DNA of 64,000 bases from Tricharina praecox (Eukaryota): assembly GCF_024521635.1 (NCBI RefSeq), contig NW_026250411.1, positions 930,001 to 994,000 on the forward strand, read 5' to 3'. The translations under genes and the position numbers were made by a program. Shown in pieces: positions 1 to 12,748 of the stretch. The notes below the pieces were generated by a model. It was not told where the DNA came from. It saw nothing but the letters and a program-made list of their open reading frames with translations, and made no database searches. The stretch's first letter is position 1. Every line of letters starts with the position of its first letter.

Positions 1-589
1 ATGTACATACGGCACCCATCCCCCGTGCGGATTGCCGGGTATCCATATCATATCCATATCATATCAACGGTCGCAGCCGCAGCCAACCATCCCACTCCGT
101 GGCCTAGCCTGGACTCAGCTCTGGTCTGGGTGGTACTCCATCCGCGGCCGCTCTCGACCGGCCAACAGGCCAACATGAACAAGGTCTGCAGTGCAGGCCA
201 CCTATGTACAGGGCAGTGAGATAGATAAAGCAGTGCGGTTTGGAATAAGAACTGGCCACAATATGACTCCAGTGTCTGGCATCGATAGCCGCTGCCGTGG
301 TGCGGCTGGCAACCCACAATCTGGATTTTGAACCCCCTCCGGCGGACACAAGTCCGGAGGTTTTTTTTTTTTCAGACAGGCAACAGAGAACTAAGGTGCA
401 GTGTGAAGATTATTTCTACTCTTCCAAATTCCAATTTGCATCCGTCCCCCGTGTTCTAATATATATACAATGCACACGGAGCTGGACGGACAGTCAACAC
501 AAGTTATAATACAAGACAACAAACGGAAACAAAAGCATAACTCCAGGCCTATGCATCTAAAGTGATTACCCTCCAAACCGGAAGAGAGC

Positions 590-657
590 GCAAAAGAAAG
601 AGACAAAAGAAAGAGAGACAAAAGAAAGAGGGACAAAAGAAAAGAGGGACAAAAAAA
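590..657. repeat. Short tandem repeat (GACAAAAGAAAGAG-like unit, about 4 copies) in the PRM10 3' region
   Basis: Repeated gacaaaagaaagag(a/g) units are directly visible. Confidence 0.6.
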
Positions 658-1067
658 TATAGACAAGTCCGGCTGAAAAACACCCAAAGAATGAGACTCC
701 AACAAAACAAATCGTAACAGAATCGTCAGTTCGTGAGAGCGATTTAAGCCATGCGACACAAAGGAAACAACGCAATACAAAGATTTCAAGCACCAGGCGC
801 ACCATATTTATGTTGTAAAAGCCGAAAAGAAAGAAAACCCGCCAATCTAGAGTATCCCGCCAATGTAAAACCGAAAGACCAGGAAATGAACCAAAAAGAA
901 AGAAAGAAAGCCGCAATTTGTACGCCAAAGGAAAACAAGCAAGCAAAATGAAGAATGGGTTAAAAAAAGTATGAAGATCAATATGAATAAACGAAAGGGA
1001 TGGGCAACGACTCAGAAAAGTGGTGATGTGAACAAAGCCGAGGATGTAGAATCCTGCTCGCCTTGTC

Positions 1068-3740
1068 CTAGAAGGAAAACAGACCAGACCTCTTTTTCGG
1101 GATCGGATAGACCACGAGCGCTGCTGCAAAGAGACCGACGGTAGTACCGATTGCCACCTGGACCATCGAAAACCCGAATTCGAACATGATGGAGGTTCCG
1201 GATATCGGAGTCGACACGGAGTTCTTCAGGATTGCATCAGCCCCTTCGAGGCCGGCAAGCAGCGAGCCTTGGGCAGCGAGCCCACTAGGCACTTGCACGA
1301 AGATCGCCGGAAGCATGGCCGCGAAAGCCAACCCATGTCCCACTCTGGAGTAGAGATTGCCGAGTACACCCACGGTGAATGCACCCAGCCCGTTGGCGAT
1401 TTGAGGCTGTGCGACGAATCGCTGACTCGAAAAGTAGTTGACCACGTATCCGGCAAGTGCGATACCCACCATCACTGGGGCCTGGCGCCACCGTGCTTGG
1501 TTCACAAGGAGTAAACACAAAGCGAATGCCCCGACCCAGAGAGAATTGTACCGCCAATCGAAGGGGTTTTGACAGGTTGTAGCAGAGGTGGCGTTTTTGT
1601 CAACGAGGCCGTAAAGTGCTGAGCCGATGGTGATACCGAAGCCGAGGAACAAAGAGTAAATGATGGCGTAGAACATGCGGACCGAGCCAGCCACAATATT
1701 CTTCGACTGCAGTTCGAGGGATCCACACACTTTTAAAAGTCAGTATTGCAACAGAAAAGTATTGGCTCGAAGCAACTTACAGATGATGTACCCGGGCAAG
1801 ATCAGGGCAATAGACGCCTGGGCGAGCGCGGAAAAGCAAAACGTGTTCCCTCCGTTGATGGAGCCGAACATTCTGGCGAAGAAGCTCGTAATGATTGCAG
1901 CTGATATCTCGAAAACGTTGGAGTAGAGCTCGGATCTCGGTGCCAGAATGAGCTGCAAGAAGCCCAGCATGCATCCAAGCAAGAACAAGACCGGGATGTC
2001 CATGGGACCCGCCTTGAAACCGAAAGGACCAACCGTAGCACTGGCGATTCCGTAGATGAATACCTGTACCCAAGGACTGCGTAGTGGTTTTCTGTTGATG
2101 ATGTCGTCCAGTCTTCCGATAGCCTCTTCGACTCCGATACAGTCATGTATAACCTCCTTGTATACCAGATGACAATCGTGTAGCTTCGCCATATCGAGGC
2201 CTTGCGCGGTACGCACGATTTGCATCTCCGAGGTGTGGGTCGACTGGTCCCCGAAACTCATGATCATGCAGCCCGGGATGTAGAGGAATTGAGCATCGAT
2301 TTGAAGGACTCTCGATGTCATCTTCAATGCCTCTGTATAATTTGTTAGTAACTATTGCAAGCGGCTGAGTGGAACGGGCCGGATCCTTACCCTCCATTCT
2401 GTGCGTAGGGGCACCGTAGAGCATGAGCGCTCTGCAAATTTTGATGATGTACTTCTGTCGTTGGAGCAGCGAAGCAATGTGGACGGTGATCTGATGAATG
2501 CTCTGTTAGTTGCATTCGAAAAGAGGAAAAACATACGACGTACCCGTGTCTCTTCTTCAAAGGTATTCGACCTAGGAATACTCTTGAATTTGTCGATTAT
2601 ACCACCGCTATGGGGTCGATGCTTCAGTTTCGGCCGGTTAACCCTTGCCGCTGTGCCTGCTGCACCACCCGCAGTAGCCGCAGTCTGCGCGCCTGTAGCC
2701 GCCAGAAAACTGCCGAGCGAGGTCGAAGAAGTGTTGGCACTCTTTGTGTACCATTTCGGCGTTGTGCGACCAGACTGCGAGGAGATACTCGGGGCGGCCG
2801 AGTGATGTCCGTTAAGCGGTCGTGACTCCTGCCCATCCTGATGGTACAACTTGAGCAAGTTGCCCAACACACCACCGTGCAAATGATCGGGCTTCGGAAT
2901 GTAATCCGCATGCCTACGGTCCATGGGTGTGTTGTATCCAGAGGGCAAAGTTTCGTAGACTGGTTGCTCTTCGACAGCAGGCCGACGGAATCGATCCGCA
3001 ATTCGTCCTCCTCGCCGGGTGTGCTGTCTGACAAGCTCCTGGGCTTCCCTGGTAGCTACCAGCCCAGGTCCCGATTTCTGCGTATCCTGGCCCGGACTCC
3101 CACCAACTGTTGCTGTTTTTGTTTCGTCCGAGATGTCGAATGTGGGGATATCGTCAACAGCAACAGCACCACCCGAATGGCCGGCACCGACGGCATACGG
3201 ACTCAAAACTGGCGAGTTACGGGCTGAGGTCGGCGCAGAATAGCTTCCTCCATACTTTGACATCCGCTGTTGGGGGGACATGACACTCCGTGGAGTGAAG
3301 GTGTCATACTTCTCATTTATCTCGTCGTCATCCTCAACTTTCGCCTTCTTGTATGCAAAGCTTTTCGGCGGAACAGTGACTGGAGTTCCTGGGGTTCCGG
3401 GAGTGCTGGCTCCCGAGATTGGACCCGGAGAATCGGGAAAGTACGCAACCTCGATTCGTGGCGGTGGAGAAGAAGTTGAAGTTCTCAATTGAGGTGTGGG
3501 ATAATATTGGACCGAATCGCCGGTAGGATAGGGACTGAGATCGAAGGCGGTCCTGTTTCCCAATAAATCTAGAGTTTCTCCGGGACCGAATCGCACTCCT
3601 CGTCCACCACCACCAGCGGAATTCGGTCGACTGGCATCGGGACTCGATACATGTGAGTGTTCATTCGAGTTCTGAGGAGTATCGGCGTAATCGAGGAAGG
3701 GGTTTCCGGCCGCCCCGTTAGGGGAGGAATCGGCGGCCAT
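1068..3740 (-). CDS. PRM10: Pheromone-regulated membrane protein 10-like (ThrE family exporter); 4 exons, approx. 3740-2544, 2490-2391, 2335-1780, 1729-1068
   Basis: After splicing at canonical GT..AG introns, a long disordered N-terminus is followed by 'CRALMLYGAPTHRME..LKMTSRVLQIDAQFLYIPGCM', 'FCFSALAQASIALILPGY', 'LELQSKNIVAGSVRM', 'AMLPAIFVQVPSGLA' and about 10 hydrophobic segments, typical of fungal Prm10/ThrE proteins. Confidence 0.9.
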
Positions 3741-6700
3741 TAATGGCAGCTTTCGGACGGACGGACGAGCTCTGAAGATAAGGTGAAGGGAGATTGATGC
3801 TTTTTTTATTTTTGGTACAGATTTAGTTGTACTCGAACAGTGGTAGATGGAGCGGTCGAAAAATAGCCAAGGAGTATGCGAAGGTCAATGGCTTGGTGAA
3901 TGTTGTATCGAAGATGGGATGGCCACCAGGAGGAGAAGGATAGCGGTGGTGGGGGGGGGGGGGGGGGCGTGCGTAGGGGACAGTCTGTTTTTTGCCAGTC
4001 AGATGTAGTCCCTGAAAATGGAAGTATGACGTCTCGCCCTACGGCCCAGAATGGCCGAGGCAGGAACAGGCTATTACAAACGGCAACAGAAAGTTTGAAA
4101 ACGGAAATAGGGTATAGGATGATGGGGATGAATTTGCGGTTGATTTTTAATGCGGACGAAGGCGAACCGATAGGGTTTACTCACCACTATAGTGTATGTA
4201 TGCGCGGGAGAAAGTACTTTTTTCGACGATCCGAGATATGGAGAAGTGGTGGCGGAAGGCAGTTGATGTGGAGAACAGCCCGAGCTAGAACATGTACTCT
4301 GACTATACGACTATAGTAGATTACAGGTAGGGCGAGAGGGGAAGAGAGCAGAGGTCGACGAGTATGTTAGGGGGGTGGAGGGAATAAGAGAGAGGAAAGG
4401 AGGAGAAGAGGCGGGGACTTTGGTCACTTCGGCCTTTTTCTAGCAGCAGATAGCAAAGGTGCACACACGCATAGCGGTCGGTGGTGGTGGTGGTCAGTAA
4501 CTAGACCTCCTCCTCTCAACAGCTCCACCCACCCACCCACCAACCAACCCATCTACCCACGGGCGGCTTACCCACCCGCCGGGGGGTGTTACGCACATCA
4601 GACAGCGATCGCTCCGTCCGTCGCCGTCGCCGTCGCCGTCTAGCGTCTCATCAGGGCTTTTCCCGCAGTCTGCCAGCAGCCGGAGCCAGGCGTGCAAGGT
4701 TGGGGCAGTGGACGGTTATCTACTAGTCGGTCGGAGACAGTGCTCGCAACTAGCGACTTTATATCTGCAGGGAAGCCTGACAGACAGCAGATTCGAATCC
4801 AGGGACGGTGTTACACTCGAACTCCCGGACCTCACGCACGCAGCAGAACAGTGCGCCCCACGAAATCTGGCCGCGTCGGAGCGATGAGGGATGGTGTTGT
4901 CCAATGGGTGCCGACATCAGCGTGGCGATGGCGAATTCGAGCTCGCTGCTGATTTTGCCGACCGCAAGCCGCTATCTGCGGATTTTCCGGCTCCTCTCCT
5001 GTCTACCGGTACTAGTAGAGTACATCCGAGGATCGAACGTTCAAGACTGCCCTCGAGCAAGGACGAAAAAGATCTGGCGAGTTCCAGTCGGCTCTCTCAG
5101 CGCTGAGCACAGAGCACGGAGCACAGAGAGAAGGTTCTCTACCCTAAAGCCATAGCGTGCTTCTATTTTGTCTCGCAGACGAGCAAAATTTAGAGTAGCT
5201 CACGATCGGCGGTCGCTAAGCAAGGAAAAGACCGGCAGTGTTCGACTCGACTCTACACAGCACAGGGGGCGTGTGTGCGCGAAGTACAAGTGCCTCATAC
5301 GGTTGGTGGTAGTTCAGCGTAATGTTCTCCAGCAGTCAGACTTCGCCTCCGAAACATTTCGAGATGAACGTGGATGGATGGGTGGATGCATGGCTTCGAT
5401 CGATTGGACGGACGACGTTGAGGATTGCGTCGCTATTGTTTCATCCAACGGCCCGAATGGAAAGAAGGAAGAAAAACGTGAAAAAAGCAAATATCGTGCA
5501 GCATCTGCCCTGCCTGCCTGCCTGCCTGCACGTTGTCCAAAGACATGCACATACCCGATACCCTTCCGATACGATAGCCACTGCCACGAGCTCGCACATC
5601 TCCCGTCGAATTTGTACCACCTCGCAATCGCATCCCAAGTTCTGCAGCAACGTGGTGCTCGATGTGGGCACTTGCTGCCGAGAACGACATTCTCGATCGA
5701 GCCGCCTCCAGTGTGGAAGCGACCTGGTAAGCAGGTACAAGAATCGTTGCTCTGGCCGATGCCCAACTGTGCCCTGCTCCCGTCCACGTCCAGAGTCCCC
5801 GTTCCCTCCTTCATCTCCCCTGTGAACCCGACTCACTCGCCGACTCATGGGCTCGCGGTCTCTCATCCCTCTCTCATCTGTCGCGCCAGCAGCTTCATGA
5901 AACACGCCATGCCTGTGGGCGTAGGGAGTCTTCCGGAAGTGGCTCCAGGTAGTTATTCGTTGAGACTTGCACCTATGCACTTTGCTGATTGAATGTCGTC
6001 GGCGGAGCGAGTATGATGAATCCCGGAAGGCTCGGAGCGAGAAAGGTGCTGAATGTTTCCATTTCTCGCGTAGGCATATACCTAGCAGACGGAGAGCCCG
6101 AGTCGGGTATCCACCAGAGAGCTCCAACGGATGGCTCGAGGACACCTGATTCGCTCGTCGGGAATCGCAGAGCTGATGAACTTATGTACCTGTACAGGTT
6201 GGTTCCTTGCTCGGCGCCCGAATATAGTAGCATCTCGGATTTGCTCGATTTTCATCCCAGCCCTCGCCTCCAAAGTTCCGGGAAAGGTTCCAGAACGCTG
6301 CAATTCTGCTCGCCTGTTGGACGGCAAGCCGCTAACGAGAGCTTCCTGCCTTCCTCTGCGAGGAAAGGAAAAACATAATTCCCGCCGCCGGGCACGGGCC
6401 GCCGTAGCGTCGCGACAGATCGAGCAAGTCCACACAGACGAGCCGGCCGCGGATGGATATACGTACATGCTCTATCTCTCGACTTCCTGCTATCTATCTT
6501 GTCCTATCACCACTCCCATGTGCGGACTCAACCGCACGCTCTCAGGCTCCCAGGCTCTCTCAGGCTCCCAGCACATCTTTGGACGAATCATCCGGTGTCC
6601 TCTGGGATCGCGTCAGTCCTCGCCTCGGATTCGAGAGGATCATGAAGCAACCTCCATGCACTCGTTGGAGATAAGGCTGGATATCTTTTCCTCTGCTGGG

Positions 6701-9700
6701 ACGGCCAGCCGCAGTACATACCGTATGTAGCTATCAGTCACCAACTGCGGTGGCCCCACCTCCGTTAATCTGCGTGTCGTGGTGTAGATATACAACCACA
6801 CCACACAGCTCAGCCCATAGAGCCCGCCCTCCGTCGTGGTTGCCGGGAACAATTGGCGGGTTCGATATCAAGCCGCTCGGCAAAATAATCATCGTGAAGT
6901 CTTGCATCGCTGGGTTTAGAGTGGAAGATACCGCACTCTACTCTAGACACTTGCCGACCGAAACAACCTCAAGCTCTAGAGGACCGGAGCATGCTATGCA
7001 CGGAAAGAAAGAAAAAAATAGAAGAAAAAAATTCTTCTGGGAGGTCAAAGCTTCAACGGCTATGCTGCATTGCATGCATGGAACGTTCCTCGATTTATCA
7101 GGTTTTGCGACCCCACAAACTCTACAAATCACCCCTTATGGATGTAGACCAAACATGAAGAAGTTTTCACTCGGGGGCTGCCGGCGTGTACCTACTAAGC
7201 TAGGGATGCACTCTACGGTGCTATATCTCCGTCAATCAGCTTACTCTGAGAGCATGTCTGCTTAATCGCGCGCCAGCAAGTGGTGGTGGGCAGTTGAGTT
7301 GAGTTGACTCTTCGAAGAATCCTCCCTCAAGCTCTTATCACCCAGGTACCTTCTCACTTACCTATGCATGTGGCTTCGCCACAGCAATCGATCCGGTCTC
7401 CATCCGCCGCGCACTCGCCCATCCATTCCTTGCACTCAGTAAGAATGCGAACCGACAGACTGGCAACGACAGCTGAGAGATTGCGAAGGGACTAGGTAGA
7501 GTCGCAGACTTGCAGACTCGCAGGGACAGAGATATCACCCAAACCTCGTCCACCGGGGCCATCCCGGCCGGGCCGTAGGAGGTGAGGTTATGTATGGGGC
7601 CCCTAAACGCGCATGTACTTGCGACGCTCAAGATGGAATTTTCACAGGAATCCGACAGGACATTCATGGTACTCTCGAGAGGCTCTAGGTACCAACCATG
7701 CAAGTCACTGCTGGCTGCCAGACTGCCAGCAACAGGGTGCGACTCGTGTGTCCATACACATACAGGTACTTAGCTCTCTTGTATCTAGACGCGAGCCCAA
7801 AGAAAAAACCGTGAACAGCGAATCTTCAATTGTGTTCGCTCTAGTACTCCAGGTATGTACTCCATGTACTCTAGAGTAGTTAGCGGACAGCACTGACCCG
7901 CAACTAACCAGTCGGAGCAGCCCATCTGTCTGTCGGGGCGGGGCATCCCTCTGTCTCTGTCCCTGCCTCTGTCTCTGTCCCTGTCTCTGTCTCTGTGTCT
8001 CTCGGAGGTCGAATCTCTAACATCATCTCGTATGGCCGATCATTATCTCATGGGTCTCACCGTCTCACACTTCGGTCCCAATCACCGGCGGGTACGACGA
8101 CGTGGTTGACCACAAGGTACCTACGCTACTTTGACATACATGCGGTTCTGTCTCCGCAGTGCACCTCGTCGTCTTTAAAACAGACGCGTCACCGTCACTG
8201 TCACCGCTGCTTTGTACTCGGGTGTAAGGGTAAGTGCTGCCTCACCGGTTTTTCCCCCATACAGCTTAGCATTTCCCCCCCATACAACTTAGTCACAACC
8301 ACTCACTCATTTTATTGTATCCGGCTTAGTGCACTCCTAATGTAGACTAGTGCTTATTTGCGCTTATAATTCGTAATAGTGGTGAGGCACCACTTATTGA
8401 CAGCTCCTGGTACGTTGTCTGAGGCTCCGAGCTCGTCGGTCATGGCCCACGGTCCGCCAGTACATGCTCCAGTGCCCCAGTGCCCCAGTTAATCACCGTA
8501 TGTACTGGTAAGTACCCTATGTAGGTACCTATGCTCATCCCGCAAACGGCTATGACTAGTATAGAGTGCTATGGTAGAGTACATACACAAGTGGGAACTC
8601 CTCCGCAATCCATTCCTCCGCACTCCTCTTACATAGGTAGCTGCGGCGGCGAGCTGTGGCAAGCAGCAGTAGCGGCGGCAGCGGCGTAGTTATGACTAAG
8701 GGTGAATCAACCATATCTCGCCTCTCCCTCTCCCTCCCACGCACATCCGGAAAACAAGCACATCCATCTATATACATAGAGTACATATCTCGGGAATCGG
8801 GGGAACACAACGCCTCTTCCGCCGTGAGCTTCCCGGAGCGAGGCGGGACAGGGCGGGACACAGCAGCCGCGCCGTGCAGATCTTTCCGATCTTGATATGT
8901 AGAGTACATGGCTGCACTGCAGCCCCCCTCGCACTGCACTGTGTGGTCTGCGGATCTCTTCGGCGATTGTCGTATCGGGATTGATCCGTGATGTGTGTGG
9001 AAACACAGGAACAGGAACAGGAACACACGCAGAAACACGCACAGAAACAAAACACGGGACATGGGATGAAAGATAAACACGGGAAGTGCCGTTCGTTTCG
9101 TTTCGTTTTTCGTTTCCATCGATCGGAGGCGTGCCCGCCCGCCCGCCACCTTCCGCTTCCGTTTCCGCACCCGAACCCGCACCTGCAGCCGCACGGTTCT
9201 GGATGACGACGACGCTGGTTGCAATAACCGGATTTCGAGAGCTGGTTGATCTGATGGCTGATCTGATCGGATCGAGTGACGTTAGGTGCTGTTTCTTTTT
9301 TTGGTTTTATTTCGGGAGGCGATGGGAGGTGGGTTGAAGGTTCGTCCCTAGATTTGGATTTGGCTCAGTGCCACAGATCGCCGTTACAGTTCCACAACGG
9401 CAGGCACGCTGCATCTGCCATCCAGATTCCAACGTTTCCTTCCCGTATGTACCCAGAAATAGCTGCACATCCCGATTCCCGCGATTATCTGTCAGACTGT
9501 CACTGTCAGGTCATTGCATCATCGCAGCATCGCTATATCGAGATCGATATGTATCTACATACAACATCCGTAATCTCGAGTGCAGCCTCAGAGTGCAGCC
9601 TCAAAGTGCAGACTCCAGACTCCAGACTCGAGAGTATGTGTTGAAAGTTGAAACTCAACCGCCCGGCGCCACACATGCAGCGTGCAGCGTGCGTAAAGTG

Positions 9701-10120
9701 CGTAACGTGCGGATGCACTCGGCGACATGTCACTGTCGCAATATCGCATCCGTAAGAACTTGGAAGGGCCTCCTAAAACCTGGTTTCGGGTATTTGCATT
9801 CTTACGTATTCTACGTAGCTTTGGTTGGATATGCGAGCGTTTAACTATGACGCTCCGAGACTGAGTTACTCCACTCTCTAGCGGAGCTCTAGTGGAGCGG
9901 AGAGAGGGCGGGGGCAGGGGCGGGGGCGGGGGAACTGAGCGCACAAGCGCGGTGGGGGTTGGGGGTTACCTAGGGTTACTGGTTAGTTAGTGAGAGCGGG
10001 GAAGAAGCGGCGATCCCTTAGTTAGAGTACATAGCCGGAACGGAGATGAGTGGGTGGAGATTGCTAGAGTAGTAGCAGTAGCAGCCAGTCATATAGCGGC
10101 CGCCAAGAGAGACATATCAT

Positions 10121-10209
10121 GGTGTCGTGGCGCAATGGTAGCGCGTTGGCTTCCGGTGCTTTAAGCGGCTGTCTGCCAAAGGCTGCAGGTTCGAGTCCTG
10201 CCGATATCG
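10121..10209 (+). tRNA. tRNA-Arg(CCG) with 17-nt intron, copy 1
   Basis: Cloverleaf: acceptor GGTGTCG/CGATATC + G73; D-arm GCGC-AATGGTA-GCGC; anticodon stem TTGGC/GCCAA with loop TT-CCG-G^T and intron after position 37; T-arm GCAGG-TTCGAGT-CCTGC; T-run terminator follows. Confidence 0.92.
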
Positions 10210-10391
10210 CTTTTGTGTCCTTCCAAAAATTATTCTTTTGTACTTATGGTGGAGAGGGATGCGTTTTGTTCGGGAAGGTTGTCTAGCTGTGCTGTGAACG
10301 AGTGATCCGTGTATGTATCATGTCGTAGACTCATGGATAGGCACGTGCTTATCATCGCTTTCGAAGTTAACGAAGATAGATGGTTCAACTG

Positions 10392-10479
10392 CTGTATAGT
10401 GAAGGGGGGTGAAAAATACGCTTTTTGACCGTACCGATACGCCAAAAAGCGTATTTTTTACCCCCCCTTCACTATACAG
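10392..10479. mobile_element. 88-bp hairpin MITE, Tc1/mariner-like (flanked by TG/TA)
   Basis: About 38-bp terminal inverted repeats CTGTATAGTGAAGGGGGG..AAAAATACGCTTTTTG.C with a ~12-bp spacer. Right flank is TA and left flank is TG (probably a mutated TA TSD). Confidence 0.75.
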
Positions 10480-11057
10480 TATGCACCTGCTATAGATACC
10501 TACATACTTTCAGGAATCCGAAATAGTTTTATTCTATTCTGTGTGTTTTCAAACAAATACGTTTTCAGCTAAAACAGCTATGTCCAAAAGTCTGGAACAC
10601 CTCCGTGTATGTAGCGGCGACACAGTACGCCCATCCATCCCCGATATAAATGTCCCCGTCCAACTAGGTACCCCGGTGGGTATACTAGCACTGTTGACTT
10701 TGCGATCGAGCGTGTGTGCGTGGGGGGAAGTGACGCGTCCGCGGGACAACAGCCTCGAGGGCCTACTACTACTATTGGTAGTAGTAGTAGTAGTTATCCA
10801 TCCCCTTGAGGCTTGGCCGGTGGTTGTGGCCCCTGAGCTCAAGCCGATGAGACGCATCGCGATCCGTGGGCGATCCGTGGGCGATCCCAAGGGGGTTGTA
10901 CGCGTACTCTACTCGGTCGCGGTTGCATTGGGGGACTCGCGCACCTACTTACACAGCAAGAGAGAGTTGGGACTCGCTGATCGGGCTCGGCGGGGATCAT
11001 TGATATCACTCGGTTTGTGGGTATGGTTGGAAACGTGAGAGCTGGGTGAGTGGCGGT

Positions 11058-12748
11058 CCGGAGGAAATCCAGGCCAGAGACCTTGTAGGAGCGGACAGCG
11101 CCTTCGAACAACGGCTAGTTACCTTCATAAACCCGAGCGGACAGAGGAGATGATGCTACTCGACGAAGCTGGAGCACTGGATTGCACGGTCACCAGGGAC
11201 GAGGAAATCGCAGCCTATGATACAGAATGCGCGGCAATCTCCCGAGCAGTGTAGGCAGCCGTTGACAGGCGGCACACCCTCGATGGTAGCCAGCAGAAGG
11301 ATGACTCACGATGCACCTGGCCCCGGCCAAAAGTACGCCATTCAGGCACGGAAGCACATCGTTACTCTTCACCGAAGAGAGCCCAAGATCACCATGGAGA
11401 TCAGATGGTGCCCAGCACACAAAGGTGTCCCTGGAACGGAAAGGCCGACGAATGGGTCAAACTAGCAACCGACAACCCCATCGCTCGCGGAGTAGAGGGC
11501 ACCCGCTACCTGATCCGGTACGGAACCAGGCCGTTGCCACACACTCCGTCACTCGCATACCTGAGGCGAGGCATCATGGAAAGGAAGTGGAAAGATGCCA
11601 AAATATGGGCCGAGTTACTAACAAGAAGTACCGGTTCAGCAGAAAAGTTGACCAGAAACCGGACCCGGTCCCAGCCATGGCCTCCAAGCGCCTGGCTTCG
11701 AGGTTCTATCGGCAGAAAACACTGTGGGCACAGGTCCGGAAGGAGACAGGGAGAGGCAAGGATCGCTTCAAGATCCAAGACCTCTTCGCAGGCAAACGGT
11801 GTAGCCAGGCCATTCTATATTTCCTCTCCACCACTGATGTGGCAGACGGATGCCAGAGGCTGGTGAGGAAGATACAGCGAGCAGTGTTCTCCATCGTCCG
11901 GGCGGGATAGACGGTCTAAACCTGGGACGGACGGTTGCAGAATCCGTCCGTCAGGTCTGAGCCTGTGACGAACGGAACCGTCCCCGTCCTCCACCGTCGG
12001 CCGTCCAAGTCACGTAAATATGATTCAGCTGATTGATGATTTCTTAGAACCGATATCCTACACACCACCGCGTCAGTTCATCCCTCACCGTCCCACAAGC
12101 TGTGAAAAGCAGCAGTATTCTGACTCGGGCGCCTTATGTGCGGCTCCCGGCCCTATCACAGCGCTCTAGGCACTATATCTCACTCGGACTCCCAAGGTCC
12201 ACGCCCGAAATCAGGTTTTTGCCCAATGCTTGGCGGACGGCCGTCGACGGTCGTCCTGCGCAGTCCGTCTCGTCCGTCCGCTAAAATAACCGTGGCCGTC
12301 ACGTCCTCGTCCGAGGCCTAGGACGGACGGACCGGACGATGGAGAACACTAGCAGCGAGCGAGGTATCCGAGTGGGAGCTCAGGAGCTCAAGGAGCGGGA
12401 AGAGAGAGCGGCGGAGCTGAGGCGAGAGGAGGAGGACACCGCTGGGGTTGAGGAACCGGAATTACTCCCGTTGTTCCTCCCCACACCTTCTTTCATGGCA
12501 TCCCTAATGAAGAGGTGGAAGTAGGGAGAGGGAGCGGAAGATTTCTTTTCTTAGTGTTATTTCTTTGGTGCGCGCATACACCGTCGAGACAGACTGGGGA
12601 GGAGGGCAGAGAAAGCCACATCGTGCCGCTCGATGAAAGCTGGGTTGGAAAGTGGTGTGGAAACGGAGGGGAGGGGGGGGGGTGCACGGGTAGATATTGC
12701 CATGATCTACTTAGGTCGCAAGCAATTACTGCTTAAATAAAAAAAAAA
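11058..12748 (+). mobile_element. 5'-truncated, degenerate non-LTR retrotransposon (LINE with RNase H, Tad1-like)
   Basis: Frameshifted RNase H C-terminal motif 'EIRWCPAHKGVP(G)NGKADEWVKLA'; C-terminus 'LWAQVRKETGRGKDRFKIQDLF...AILYFLSTTDV'; poly(A) at 12735-12748; 14-bp TSD GGGTGAGTGGCGGT (11044-11057) / GGATGAGTGGCGGT (12749-12762). Confidence 0.88.
11882..12351. mobile_element. 470-bp non-autonomous hAT-type MITE nested in the LINE
   Basis: 20-bp TIRs CAGTGTTCTCCATCGTCCGG / CCGGACGATGGAGAACACTA (19/20 match); 8-bp TSD ACAGCGAG (11874-11881) / GCAGCGAG (12352-12359); many subterminal CCGTC/GACGG motifs at both ends. Confidence 0.88.

Noticed and set aside
5168..6730. Long ORFs (274, 234, 199 aa) upstream of PRM10
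   Set aside because: Mostly non-ATG starts, no recognisable motifs, overlapping in several frames; expected by chance in GC-rich intergenic DNA.
10121..10209. Reading as tRNA-Gly(TCC), or as evidence of CGG codon reassignment
   Set aside because: The stem TTGGC/GCCAA places CCG at 34-36 with the intron at the canonical 37/38 site, G73 fits Arg, and CGG encodes a conserved Arg in the FacB SRRAF motif (about 44421).
10580..10610. Possible Tc1-type TIR (TACACGGAGGTGTTCCAGACTTTTGGAC on the minus strand)
   Set aside because: No partner end or transposase remnant was found; too short to support.
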